Assembly (NCBI GenBank): GCA_050950505.1
Contig: JBMNHS010000001.1
Span: 128,001 to 192,000 of the forward strand
Source: Candidatus Methanomethylophilaceae archaeon
GTDB taxonomy: Archaea; Thermoplasmatota; Thermoplasmata; Methanomassiliicoccales; Methanomethylophilaceae
Reading direction: 5' to 3'
Length of the DNA stretch: 64,000 nucleotides
Made by a program: the position numbers and the translations under genes. Below the pieces are notes generated by a model. It ran no database searches, was not told where the DNA came from, and saw only the letters and a program-made list of their open reading frames with translations. Below are positions 27,118 to 37,677 of this stretch, in pieces; the stretch's first letter is position 1; every line of letters starts with the position of its first letter.

Positions 27118-28832
27118 CACATTTCCTCCGGTGCGCCCATTCCCATGCATTCCAGCACGCTTTTCAGAACCGTCCTGGTACACTCCACCAAAGTCAGTCT
27201 GGCATTGGTGTTTTCACCCGCGGACAGCACCGGAAGCGCGGCATAGAACTGATTGAATGCGGAAGCGACTTCGTGACTGTATGCAGGAAGCATGTGGACC
27301 TTTTTCAGATTGCCGGCTTCCTGGAGCACAGATCTGTACCGCGACAGTGTTTTAACAAGTTTTATTTCATACTCATCAGTGAGTTTGGAAGAGTCAAAAT
27401 CATACTCGAAATCCCCGGCTCTGCGAAGCAGGCTGCAGGCTCTGGCATGCACGTACTGAAGATAAGGTCCGCTGTTCCCGTCAAAGTTCAGAGCATCTTC
27501 CCAAGTGAAGACGAACTGTTTCTCCGGTTGAACCCTTACCACGTTGTATCTTATCGCTCCGACTCCGATTATCCGTGCGACTTCCCGCATCTTCTCCTCG
27601 GGCATGTCGTCTCTTCTCTTTTTGATTTCAAGATATGCCCTTTCGACGGCTTCGTCTATGAGATCGTCAAGATAGACAACGACGCCTCTCCGGGTGGACA
27701 TTTTTCCCTCGGGGAGGGAAACGAAAGCGTAGAACATCGGTTCGGGCTCCATGGCGCATCCGTATATCTTCAATGCCAGGCTCAAATACTGAGCCCCCAG
27801 TTTCTGGTCTTCTCCAAGAACGTTGATGACTCTGTCGGATCTGCAGAATTTGTTGAGGTGGTACGCCACGTCCCTTGTGGTGTACAGCGTGGTTCCGTCA
27901 GACCTTGTGAATGTGAATTTTGTGTTTTTGCCCTGAACCCCGAAATAAGCCAGTTCGAGATACCATGCCCCGTCCTCGGTCTGTCCCGCGTACTGGGTCC
28001 CTTTCAGCCGGTTCACCACTTCCACGGCGGAACCGTCGGCTATGAAATCCGACTCCCAGGTATAAACGTCAAGGGATACGTTGAGGTCGTCCAAAGATCT
28101 GTTGAGACCTTCCAACATGGTTTCGGTGGTTCTGCGGACGGCGGAGATGACTTCCTGATCCCCTTTCTCAAACTTGCGGAGCATTTCGTATATTTCTTCG
28201 GAGACTTCCGGGTCTTCCTCCATTCTCCGGTTGGCTTCGCGGTAATAGGCGACCAGTCTGTGATCGTTTTTGTCCCGTTCCTCTTCTTTCACGGAACCTT
28301 CGGGTATGTTCATCACACCCCAGGTCAGAACAACCACCTGTCTGCCCACGTCGTTGACGTAATATTCGGTGGTGACCTCGTTCCCGCACATCCTCAGGCA
28401 TCTTGCGAGAGTATCTCCGATAATCGGATTTCTGGCACGTCCCACGTGAATGGGTCCCGTAGGGTTGATTGAAGTGTGTTCCACTATGACTCTTACCCCG
28501 GTCGGATCCCGTTTTCCGTAATTTTCTCCTTCGGATATTATTTCTTTGAGAGTTTCTTCAACGAGCCGGTCGGTGTCAACGGTGAAGTTCACATAACCGT
28601 TCAGAGCGGAGACCGAACTGACGGTTCCCGAGGGGGTTATGATCGAAGCGATTTTTTCGGCAATGTCCTTCGGAGCGGAACGGAGAACCTTCGCCATTGT
28701 GAAACAGGGAACCGCAAGATCCGCGTTGCCGACGGAGGGAACTTCGATGACAAAATCCGTCTCGGCACCGAGTTCTTCCAAAGCCTTCTTCACTGCGATT
28801 TCGACTTCAATTCTGAAATCCTCTGCTATCAT
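27117..28832 (-). CDS. argS: arginyl-tRNA synthetase
   Basis: EHTSINPTGPIHVGRARN, YVNDVG, KMSTRRG, GPYLQYVHAR. Confidence 0.96.
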   Translation of the reverse strand: MIAEDFRIEVEIAVKKALEELGAETDFVIEVPSVGNADLAVPCFTMAKVLRSAPKDIAEKIASIITPSGTVSSVSALNGYVNFTVDTDRLVEETLKEIISEGENYGKRDPTGVRVIVEHTSINPTGPIHVGRARNPIIGDTLARCLRMCGNEVTTEYYVNDVGRQVVVLTWGVMNIPEGSVKEEERDKNDHRLVAYYREANRRMEEDPEVSEEIYEMLRKFEKGDQEVISAVRRTTETMLEGLNRSLDDLNVSLDVYTWESDFIADGSAVEVVNRLKGTQYAGQTEDGAWYLELAYFGVQGKNTKFTFTRSDGTTLYTTRDVAYHLNKFCRSDRVINVLGEDQKLGAQYLSLALKIYGCAMEPEPMFYAFVSLPEGKMSTRRGVVVYLDDLIDEAVERAYLEIKKRRDDMPEEKMREVARIIGVGAIRYNVVRVQPEKQFVFTWEDALNFDGNSGPYLQYVHARACSLLRRAGDFEYDFDSSKLTDEYEIKLVKTLSRYRSVLQEAGNLKKVHMLPAYSHEVASAFNQFYAALPVLSAGENTNARLTLVECTRTVLKSVLECMGMGAPEEM

Positions 28833-28846
28833 TTTACACACCTTGG

Positions 28847-30079
28847 TTATGACAATCTGTATCGGAGAATTGCCGCGATTCCGCCGAAAGCCCTGATGAG
28901 GATATCCCCTTCTTCGGATTCGTCGGAAATGATTTGCAGATCCGAAGAGAATTGTTCCGTGATTTCGAAAAACTCATCGACCAAATCTTTGTCTTCGGTG
29001 ACTTCGGCGTTCTGTCCGCATTCGGGACAGGTTTGTTTTTCCTCGGCGTCGTCAACCACCAGATTGTTGACGTGCCCCGCCGGACATTCGACGGTGATGT
29101 ATCTCTTGTTCAGTTTCTCCGACACCAACAGAGTTTCAACGGCACCGAGTTCGGCGGCCTTTCTTACGTCTTCATACCCGTAAGCGGACAGCCCTCCGTC
29201 AGATTTCCTTATTTCGTCAAGAAGCCTCTGAACGTGTTTCTTCTCATCGGTCAGTCTTATGCCTTCCATGACATCCTTGGCCTTTTCTACGAGTTCCCTT
29301 ATTCCGGACTCGTCGGTGTTGCCGGTGTCGAAAAGCGGAGAAACTATGATTTTCCTCAGTTCATGGTGAAGATATTCTTCTTTGACGAAGAATTCCTTTG
29401 TGGCTCCGGGGCCTCCGATTATTATTCCTTTCAATTCGGGTTTGTCCAAGAAGGCTTCCGTGCAGTAGTTTGCCACCTTTTTGTAGAATTCGTGGGCGGC
29501 CAGTTCAATCAGTCTTTCAAAACGTACGGAGGACTGACCTCCCTGGTGGTGTTTGCTGGGGACCAGTGAATCGAAATGTTTCAGAACCGTGGTTCTGGAA
29601 CCGCTGACCATGCCTATCGTGGCCTCCCGCCTGTCTATGGTTATCAGACCGTAGGAAGTCTTGTCTTCCAACATGGACTCCAAAGGTTCGGTAAAGAAGG
29701 ATGAATCGCATCGGTACAGGAAGGATGCTATCGGTTCCGGCGGCACCAAAGTATACTGCACCATTTTCGTCTGATCGCCGGCTCTGGGAACCTCGCCGCA
29801 GAATATTGCCAATCCGTTCGGCGGCGGGGATTTGTACGTTCTCAGTCTTGCGGATATGGAATCTATCGCACTGGTAACGTTTTTCATTGTTGTTTTGGAC
29901 TTTATGTTGGACGCCTGGGATTGTTCTTCGCGAAGATACGCCATAACGTCAGAAATCTGTCTGTTCTCCGGAACGTACACCGATATCAGTTCAGTGCCGC
30001 GGCCCCGATACTCCATGATTTCCTGCATTGCTTTTTTGAAATCGTATCTTGCCTTGTCCAAAGTACTGGAATTACTCAT
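28847..30079 (-). CDS. prf1: peptide chain release factor aRF1
   Basis: GTELIS, NIKS, YRCDSSF, GGQS, C-terminal Zn ribbon. Confidence 0.96.
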   Translation of the reverse strand: MSNSSTLDKARYDFKKAMQEIMEYRGRGTELISVYVPENRQISDVMAYLREEQSQASNIKSKTTMKNVTSAIDSISARLRTYKSPPPNGLAIFCGEVPRAGDQTKMVQYTLVPPEPIASFLYRCDSSFFTEPLESMLEDKTSYGLITIDRREATIGMVSGSRTTVLKHFDSLVPSKHHQGGQSSVRFERLIELAAHEFYKKVANYCTEAFLDKPELKGIIIGGPGATKEFFVKEEYLHHELRKIIVSPLFDTGNTDESGIRELVEKAKDVMEGIRLTDEKKHVQRLLDEIRKSDGGLSAYGYEDVRKAAELGAVETLLVSEKLNKRYITVECPAGHVNNLVVDDAEEKQTCPECGQNAEVTEDKDLVDEFFEITEQFSSDLQIISDESEEGDILIRAFGGIAAILRYRLS

Positions 30080-30135
30080 TAATGCACCTAATATTTTTAA
30101 GTCAAGTCTGCTTATCTAATATAAGTATTGGTCTC

Positions 30136-30822
30136 ATGACGGAAAAAGTAGTTGTTTCTATAGGCGGTTCCATCCTCATCCCCGGAAACGAGGATTATGA
30201 ATACATCAAAAAATTGGCCGAACTTCTCAAGGAATTGTCCTCCGAAGTAAAGATATCCGTTGTGTGCGGAGGCGGCAAAACCGCCCGTTATTACGCATCC
30301 GTCTGCCGTGGACTCGGCGGAAACGTTTACGAACAGGACCTTTTCGGCATCACCGCGACGAGAATGAACGCAGGTTTACTGAATTTCGCGTTGGGAAACG
30401 ATAATTTCCCCGATGTTCCGGAAACCGTCGAGGACGCCGTCGCTCTGTTCGAAAAAGGCAACATTGCCGTGATGGGGGGAACGGTTCCGGGACACACCAC
30501 CGACGCCGTCGCGGCCATGCTCGCCGAAGGAATCGGCGCGGATCGCATCGTGAACGCAACTTCCGTCGACGCCGTATATTCCGACGATCCCAACTCGAAC
30601 GGGAATGCCGAAAGATATTCCAGAATCACAATACGCGATTTGGAAAAACTTGTTTACGGGGAGCACGGAGCTTCCAAATCCGGAGTCTTCGATCCTCTGG
30701 GTGTCCGGATAGCCAAAGAGAACCGGATAGATATCCTGACCGTTCACGGAAGGGATTTGGACGATCTGCGTTCCGCGATACTGGGGCAGAAAATCAAAGG
30801 TACTTTCGTGGATTCTCACTGA
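30136..30822 (+). CDS. pyrH: UMP kinase
   Basis: VSIGGS, VCGGG, GGTVPGHTTDAVAA, ATSVDAVY..DP. Confidence 0.94.
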   Translation: MTEKVVVSIGGSILIPGNEDYEYIKKLAELLKELSSEVKISVVCGGGKTARYYASVCRGLGGNVYEQDLFGITATRMNAGLLNFALGNDNFPDVPETVEDAVALFEKGNIAVMGGTVPGHTTDAVAAMLAEGIGADRIVNATSVDAVYSDDPNSNGNAERYSRITIRDLEKLVYGEHGASKSGVFDPLGVRIAKENRIDILTVHGRDLDDLRSAILGQKIKGTFVDSH

Positions 30823-31652
30823 TTGATGAGATCGAAGTCCGAAGAACTTGTGACTTCGAAACCTTCCGATTCTGACACGTCACGTATTCTTGAAGCGAGT
30901 TTGCCTTTCATGGATTTGCGGTGAAGAAATATGATTTTGGTATCCGTCGCTTCGCAGGCATCCCGTACCATTCTCGCAATGTCTTCGTCATCGCTGTCCT
31001 CCAAATGATAGTTGGGAATCATATGGCCGAAATCCACTTTTCTGGACAATGCGGATTCGGTGAATCTCGGGGCGTAATGTCCGCCCCCGATGCCGATTAC
31101 GGCGGGATAATCGCTTTCTCCGTTTTCCATCAACGCCTTTGCCAGGATTTCCGCGGCATGTCTGTCCTTCCAGTGCTCTTCATTGCTCCCGACTTCGATA
31201 AAGAATGTGGGGCGGTCCAACCAAGGACCGTGATGGGTCACTTCGAAAGCCACTTCCGTGTCCCCGATGTCGTTGATTGAAGAAATACGCCGGAGGGTTT
31301 CCGACATGTGATGGGGCGCGGACTCGACCAATTTTTCGGGAAGCCCACCCAAGTCGTTTCCGTGATAGTTTCCCAAAGGGTGCACGGTAAGGGTGGGGCG
31401 TTCGCTTTTCGAAGAGTGCCTTGACATGAATATTATAAGTTCCGGATTGACACCCATTTTTATCGATACGTCGACGACATCGTCAAAGTCCACATGCCAC
31501 CGTTCCGAGGACAACATGTACATTTCATCGGATTTGAGCATGATGCCGTCTTCGCAGGAACACGTCTCTTCCCATTCCGTCAGGTCCAACAGACAGTCTC
31601 TCATGTTTGCGGACGGGATGTCCTGTTCACTGCACACTAACAACTTCTTCAT
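30816..31652 (-). CDS. dtdA: D-aminoacyl-tRNA deacylase (DTD2)
   Basis: SRHSS, TVHPLGN, EVTHHGP, FIEVGS, GIGGGHYAP. Confidence 0.92.
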   Translation of the reverse strand: MKKLLVCSEQDIPSANMRDCLLDLTEWEETCSCEDGIMLKSDEMYMLSSERWHVDFDDVVDVSIKMGVNPELIIFMSRHSSKSERPTLTVHPLGNYHGNDLGGLPEKLVESAPHHMSETLRRISSINDIGDTEVAFEVTHHGPWLDRPTFFIEVGSNEEHWKDRHAAEILAKALMENGESDYPAVIGIGGGHYAPRFTESALSRKVDFGHMIPNYHLEDSDDEDIARMVRDACEATDTKIIFLHRKSMKGKLASRIRDVSESEGFEVTSSSDFDLINQ

Positions 31653-31745
31653 TGCAACAACGAATAGCAGAGGATATACATTAGCTTTAAACCGACGGCC
31701 TATGATAATTCTATAAATAGGTACGTATATAAATCCCCGTTAAAT

Positions 31746-32969
31746 ATGACGAAGACTACCATACGTGAAAGGATTCTTTTGCATCTGAGCAGATTCATAA
31801 TGGTCAGCGATCAGGAGAATTACAACCTTCCTTTTGATTTAACACAGGACGGTATTGCCTCCGCACTTGGGATATCCCGAGCTCATTCCTCACTTGAGCT
31901 TAAAAAGCTGAGACGGACGGGCCTGGTTAAGGAAAGGCAAGTTCGTGTTATAGGTTCTAACGTCAGACGCAAAGTGTACCATCTCGAAGAGGAAGGCCTC
32001 AGAGAGGCGGAAATGGTCAAGAAACGACTTGAAGCCGCAGGAATACCTTTTGAAACAATTTTGGATCTTAAGCACTGTGAGCCAGAGCTTATGTGGGCCA
32101 AACTGAACGATTCGGATCGTGATGTTTTGGGCCTGGCTTGTGTAATCCGTATTCCTGTTCACAAAGATGCCCTTCCGCCTGCCAGTTCGGGAGTCATTCC
32201 CGCCACCCATAAAGGCATGGTAGACATTTCAAATGAAGTCAAAATGAGATATCTTGGAGCTGCGGACCCGGAACTTGTACGTAAGTGGAACAGCCTGGCC
32301 GCGGATTGGTATATAGACAACAATTCTGACAACAGAGAAAAGCTATATCACCTTATAAAATCCGGGAGAAATTTCGAATCAGACCGTCTTTTAATCCGGG
32401 ATGCAGGAAAATTTTTAGTAGACTGTGATGAAGAATTGATGAGTATCATAAAAACCATGGACCACCCTGAAAAGACACCGAAATCTTCATGGAGCATACG
32501 AGGTAAATTGGCAATAAATTGCAGAGACGTCGAATATGCAGAAACATGTGCCGAAAGACTGAGGGAAATGGATTCAAGTGAAGGAGACATTCTCAGTGCC
32601 GAAATAAAATACGTCAGAGGAGATTATGAAGGTGCGCTGGAAGATGCCGAAACTTTGTATGCTGAAACGAAAAGCGCAAGAATTGCCATGCTCAGAGGGC
32701 GTTCACTGTACGCATTAGAAGAGTATGACCGGGCCGATAGAGTTTTGGTTGGAACTTTAGAAGAATTTTCAGCAATTGGCGATATCTCCCGTGTGGACGA
32801 ACTTCTTGTGCTTCGTGCGGGTATAGCGCACAAACGGAACGATACGGAAATGGTCATCAGCCTGCTGAACAAGGCTCTGTATTCCGCCATTGGCAACGAA
32901 AAGAAAGAAAAAATCATGAATCTCATCGAAACCGTGGAATCCGGCGAATCAGAACCTGTGTTTGACTGA
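31746..32969 (+). CDS. winged-HTH plus TPR-like helical repeat protein
   Basis: LTQDGIASALGISRAHSSLELKKL HTH with a RKVYHL wing; C-terminal TPR-like helices. Confidence 0.75.
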   Translation: MTKTTIRERILLHLSRFIMVSDQENYNLPFDLTQDGIASALGISRAHSSLELKKLRRTGLVKERQVRVIGSNVRRKVYHLEEEGLREAEMVKKRLEAAGIPFETILDLKHCEPELMWAKLNDSDRDVLGLACVIRIPVHKDALPPASSGVIPATHKGMVDISNEVKMRYLGAADPELVRKWNSLAADWYIDNNSDNREKLYHLIKSGRNFESDRLLIRDAGKFLVDCDEELMSIIKTMDHPEKTPKSSWSIRGKLAINCRDVEYAETCAERLREMDSSEGDILSAEIKYVRGDYEGALEDAETLYAETKSARIAMLRGRSLYALEEYDRADRVLVGTLEEFSAIGDISRVDELLVLRAGIAHKRNDTEMVISLLNKALYSAIGNEKKEKIMNLIETVESGESEPVFD

Positions 32970-34487
32970 TCAGAACAGTCTGCTCTCTTTGAGAGTGTCT
33001 ATATCGGAAATATACAGTTCACGGATATCCGTGATGTTCCATTTCAGCATAGCCAGTCTCTCGAATCCGAATCCCCATGCGAGCACGGGGTGTTTCACTC
33101 CGAAAGGTGCGACGACTTCGGGTCTGAATATTCCTGCGCCTCCCAGTTCCATCCACTTTCCGTTGAAGAACACTTCGAGTTCCAACGACGGTTCGGTGTA
33201 CGGGAAATATGCAGGCCGTATCCTGACCTGATCGAATCCCATTCTTGCGTAGAATTCCCGGATCAGAGAGATGAGAGTGTTAAAGTTCGCGTTTTCATCT
33301 ATGACGATGCCTTCTATCTGAGTGAATTCCGGAAGATGCGTGGCGTCGATGGATTCCTTCCTGAAAATTCTCGATATGGAGAATGCTTTGCAGGGTGCTT
33401 TCGGATTTTCGGCTATGTAGCGTATGCTGCTTACGGTGCTGTGCGTCCTCAGAATGGCGGATTCCGAAAATTCCCTGGACCATTTTCCTCCCCATCCGCA
33501 GGATCCCGTATCCCCGCCGTCTTCATGAAGACGTTTCACTTTTTCCACCAACCCGTCGTCCTCTTCCCGTATGGACGGGGGGTTTTCGAGATAGAACGTA
33601 TCCTGAAGATCCCTTGCGGGATGGTCCTGAGGCGTGAAAAGAACATCCATGTTCCAGAATGACGGTTGGATGTATTCCGAGGTCATTTCGGTGAATCCCA
33701 TATCCAGGAACATCTGTCTGACCTGATCGGTCAACCGGGTTATCGGCGACCTCTTCGCCGGATAAATCGATGGTGCGAAGGTTCTAACGTCATATCTGCG
33801 GAATTCGGCGTCTTTCCATTTTCCGCTCTGTATCAGTCGGTCCGTGACGTCGGTTATCTCGTCTTTGAGTTTCAGTCCCGATTTTGCGGTTTCCGAACCT
33901 TTTTCCGTCAAAGAAATCTCACGGGCGACTTCGGAGACTTCCCGTATCATGTCCCCTCTGCCTTTCAGTTCTTTGATTATGTCCTTGTCGGCCTCGGCAT
34001 CGGATACGGGACCTTTGACAAGTTTTTTGAAAAATGCTTCAACGGGCATTTCCGAACTGATGAGTTTCTTGCCTTCATCGGTAAGAGCCAGCACTGTGGA
34101 GTCTCCGTCCTTCTTTATATCGGCGAGTTTCTTTCTTTTCAGCCAGCCGATTGCGATTTTGTCTTCCCCCCCGGGCAAAACGTCGGCAAGTTCCGACATT
34201 TCCATGTTGCCGCCGGCGGCGTTTATCGCTTCCACGGCTTTTCTTTCCGGAAGGCCCTCGGTGATTGCCGGGTCTTCCCCCCGAACGTAAAATATCGCGG
34301 TTTCTTCAGAAATCTTTGCCAAGCCTTTGGATTCCAACCAGGATGCCGCGCCCATGACTTCCACTTCAACGGAGAAATCATATTTTTCCATCAACGTCAA
34401 CGGCGAGGCTTTTCCTCCCGCGGTATCAAGTGCCAACAGCAATTTGATTTCGTTGTAACTCAGTTCTTCGGCAACGGTTCGGTCCAT
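32970..34487 (-). CDS. pheS: phenylalanyl-tRNA synthetase alpha subunit
   Basis: QDHPARDLQDTF, LRTHST, EFTQIEG, YFPYTEPS, AWGFGFERLAM. Confidence 0.96.
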   Translation of the reverse strand: MDRTVAEELSYNEIKLLLALDTAGGKASPLTLMEKYDFSVEVEVMGAASWLESKGLAKISEETAIFYVRGEDPAITEGLPERKAVEAINAAGGNMEMSELADVLPGGEDKIAIGWLKRKKLADIKKDGDSTVLALTDEGKKLISSEMPVEAFFKKLVKGPVSDAEADKDIIKELKGRGDMIREVSEVAREISLTEKGSETAKSGLKLKDEITDVTDRLIQSGKWKDAEFRRYDVRTFAPSIYPAKRSPITRLTDQVRQMFLDMGFTEMTSEYIQPSFWNMDVLFTPQDHPARDLQDTFYLENPPSIREEDDGLVEKVKRLHEDGGDTGSCGWGGKWSREFSESAILRTHSTVSSIRYIAENPKAPCKAFSISRIFRKESIDATHLPEFTQIEGIVIDENANFNTLISLIREFYARMGFDQVRIRPAYFPYTEPSLELEVFFNGKWMELGGAGIFRPEVVAPFGVKHPVLAWGFGFERLAMLKWNITDIRELYISDIDTLKESRLF

Positions 34488-34490
34488 GTT

Positions 34491-35627
34491 TCATTCACCG
34501 TCCCGGTTCCAATCGAATCCGCCGTAAGTCATCCCTCCGACGGTTTCTCTGGCTTTCTCGCGTTTTGCCTGGTGTTCTTCCAGGAACACGTTGATTCTTG
34601 AAGTGAGTTCTTTCTTGCATTCGCCGCAGAGAATTCCTCCGGCTCTGCATTTCTCCGCCCGTTGGTTCAGTTTGGCGTCGTCAGCTTCGAACATATAGAA
34701 AAAGTACATGAAAACGGCACAGATCTCCGGATTTCCGCCTTTTTCTCTTTGTTCGTCCACGGTAACCCGGCCGCCGGTGAACGCCTGTCCGACTTTCTTC
34801 TTGACTTCCTTCGGATTGTCGGTAGTGTATATCGTTGCGTTACGGTCCGAGGAGGACATCTTGTCCCCGCCGCTGAGTCCCGGGAACATCTTGCAATAAA
34901 CCATTGCGGGTTTGGGATATCCCAGTCCCGGGGCCACATCCCTTGCGGCCCTGAAATGCGGATCCTGATCTATTCCGCAGGGTATCAGACAGGGAATTTC
35001 CTTTCCGGCTTCTTCCGTCGGAAGGAATGCGGGTGCCGCCTGTATCGAAGTGAAGAATATCGAACCGATGTTGGTTGAATTGTCGAATCCGAAAACGGCT
35101 TTGGCGGTGGAGAAAGTTATTTTCTTGGATACTTTCAAAGCGATGGGATACAGAGTCCTGATGTTCTCCGTATCCAGTATTATCCTGGTTTTTTCGGGAT
35201 TGAATCCCAAAGCCGCAAAATCCAATGCGTTTTCATATGCCAGACCGCGGGTCTGTTCCAAGGTCAGATCCTGAAACAGGAACTTCTCGTCATCGGTCAT
35301 CTGGAAAAGCATGTGAACGTCAAAAACATCCTGAAGCCATTTGGCAAACATCCAGGGCATCACGTGTCCCAGATGGGTGTTTCCCGAGGGGCCTCTTCCG
35401 GTATAAAGAACGAATTCTTCCCCTTTGTCGAATTTATCCAACAGTTGATTCAGATCTCTGTGCGAATAGAATATGCCGCGTCTGAGCATCGGGTGCACTT
35501 CCCCGTACTTTTCGAGACGTTTCAGCAATCCGTCGTCTATCGGAACGGTACCGAACTTCTTCTGAAGAAGGTCGTAATCTATTTCTCCCGTGACTTTCCA
35601 CGGAGTTACCGTAAAATTCTCTGCCAT
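34491..35627 (-). CDS. trpS: tryptophanyl-tRNA synthetase
   Basis: VTPW, YTGRGPS, HLGH, DQDPHFR, KMSSS. Confidence 0.96.
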   Translation of the reverse strand: MAENFTVTPWKVTGEIDYDLLQKKFGTVPIDDGLLKRLEKYGEVHPMLRRGIFYSHRDLNQLLDKFDKGEEFVLYTGRGPSGNTHLGHVMPWMFAKWLQDVFDVHMLFQMTDDEKFLFQDLTLEQTRGLAYENALDFAALGFNPEKTRIILDTENIRTLYPIALKVSKKITFSTAKAVFGFDNSTNIGSIFFTSIQAAPAFLPTEEAGKEIPCLIPCGIDQDPHFRAARDVAPGLGYPKPAMVYCKMFPGLSGGDKMSSSDRNATIYTTDNPKEVKKKVGQAFTGGRVTVDEQREKGGNPEICAVFMYFFYMFEADDAKLNQRAEKCRAGGILCGECKKELTSRINVFLEEHQAKREKARETVGGMTYGGFDWNRDGE

Positions 35628-35843
35628 TCAGAACGGTTCACGTACCACAACGGTTTTAATCTTTCTGATTTCGGCAGGGATATCGGCTTTCTGAAAGGGA
35701 GAGAATATTTTTTTCTTATACCTGAGAATGTTTTAACCGAGTCGGTTCGTCAAAAACAAAATGGGGATATTTACAAATCAGCGCCATACCGAATTCTACA
35801 TACGGCAGATTTAATATTGGATATTAGATTTAACGGAATTGAT

Positions 35844-37055
35844 ATGTACATAAAAGGACACATGAAAACACCGTGAAGAAATCATCAACGATGTTCGGAG
35901 CCGTGCTTGTGACCGGTTCCCGGCAGGTCGGTAAAACGACCATGCTCAGGGAAATCACGTCAGACACGAGATATGTTTCATTGGACGATTTGATTTATTT
36001 ATCCTCCGCAGTCAACGAGAGCATAACGTTTTTCAAGGATTTTCCTCCGCCGGTTTTCATTGACGAAGTGCAACGCGCACCTTCACTTTTTACCATGATG
36101 AAAAAATAATAGACGAGAAAAAGAAGAAGGGGCTGTTTTATCTGTCCGGATCGCAGCAGTTCCGAATGATGAAGAACGTCAGCGAATCGCTTGCGGGCAG
36201 AATGGGCATCCTCACTCTGTCAGGATTGTCATTGAGAGAAATGTCGGGAACATCCTTCGACAAACCGTTTATTCCGACAAAGACGTATTTCAGTGAACGG
36301 ACCGAGGCGTATGAACCGATAAATCAGGATTCTCTTTGGGAGATTATCCAAAGGGGATGTTTGCCGGAGCTTTTTTCGACGAAGGAGATGGATTGGAGGA
36401 TGTTTTACTCCTCTTATGTTAACTCGTACATTGAACGCGATGTCCGGGAATTGGTTAACGTCGACAATGAACTGAAGTTCATCAGATTTATGACCGTCAT
36501 TGCCGGAGCACAGGATCCGTTCTCAACCTGTCGTGTGGCTAACGATGTCGGCGTGAGCGTCCCTACTGTTGAACGTTGGATTTCCGTGCTCAGAGCATCC
36601 ACCATCATCCATCTGCTTCAGCCGTATCACAACAATATCACCAACCGTACCGTTAAAATGCCCAAGCTGTATTTTCCGGATACGGGATTGGCGGCATACC
36701 TCACAGGATGGAACACACCGGACGTCCTTCGCAATGGTGCCATGGCAGGCGCATTTTTCGAGACTTTCGTCATTTCCGGGATATTGAAAAGCAACTACAA
36801 TGCGGGCATCCCGGATCCTCATCTTTATTATTACAGAGACCGGGACGGGAATGAGATAGACTTGCTGACAGAAGAAAACGGTCTGCTGCATCCGATAGAA
36901 ATCAAAAAGAATTCCGATCCCGGCAAAAGAGACATCAAAGCATTCAAGATCATAGGTAAATTCGGAAACAGAGGGTCGGAGGAATCGTATGCACCTACGA
37001 CCGTTTGCTCTCACTCGGCGAAAATAACCGGATAATACCCATAGGAATGATTTGA
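35844..37055 (+). pseudogene. frameshifted AAA_14/DUF4143 ATP-binding protein
   Basis: GSRQVGKT, IDEVQ, SGSQQF, SESLAGR, PKLYF.DTGL, YYRD..GNEIDL, PIEIK spread over different frames; breaks near 35865, 36105, 36510-36535 and 36975. Confidence 0.8.
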
Positions 37056-37161
37056 TTCGATTTTTCGGAATGAGGGATAAAGTACAATCCGTTGAATGAA
37101 TCGGCAGATATCCCACTCGGGCCCGTTATAAAATTCCAAGAATGTACGCTTTGTTTCCAAT

Positions 37162-37668
37162 ATGGCGACTCAGACTCTTTTCTGTCCGCCGGCGAAAAAC
37201 GAATCCCTTATTTACATCGTTGAGAATCGTATGCCCATGTGGAAAATTCTTGGAAAGGACGCGATGTACCTTGACATACCTTATGTCTTCGCCGAAAGAA
37301 TGGGAGAACTTGCGGGAGAAGAAGAAAATGCGGACAGGTTCAGATCCTGTCTCGAAGAGTCCGAAATCAAATTCATGATCAATCCGGAAACCGAAGAATG
37401 TTCTTTCATGATTTACATACCCGAGGAGCTTACGCCGGAAGAAATACAGAACCTCGCAGAAACCGCTTTGGCCGTGGCTCAGGCTTACGATGCGCCGTTC
37501 GTTACCGCCGAGAACGTGGAACAGAGATACAAAATCGTACTTACCAACAGCAAAGAACCGGAACTCATCGGCCTGAACAAAACAGAAGGATTCAGCTCCG
37601 GACAGGTATTCATGCCCATCTTCGATTCCCTGTCGAAGCCCGGAAGACTCAACCCCCAGTTTCAGTGA
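37162..37668 (+). CDS. hypothetical protein
   Basis: 168-aa ORF with host-like codon usage; TTATAAAA about 30 bp upstream. Confidence 0.7.
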   Translation: MATQTLFCPPAKNESLIYIVENRMPMWKILGKDAMYLDIPYVFAERMGELAGEEENADRFRSCLEESEIKFMINPETEECSFMIYIPEELTPEEIQNLAETALAVAQAYDAPFVTAENVEQRYKIVLTNSKEPELIGLNKTEGFSSGQVFMPIFDSLSKPGRLNPQFQ

Positions 37669-37677
37669 AGCCCGTCT

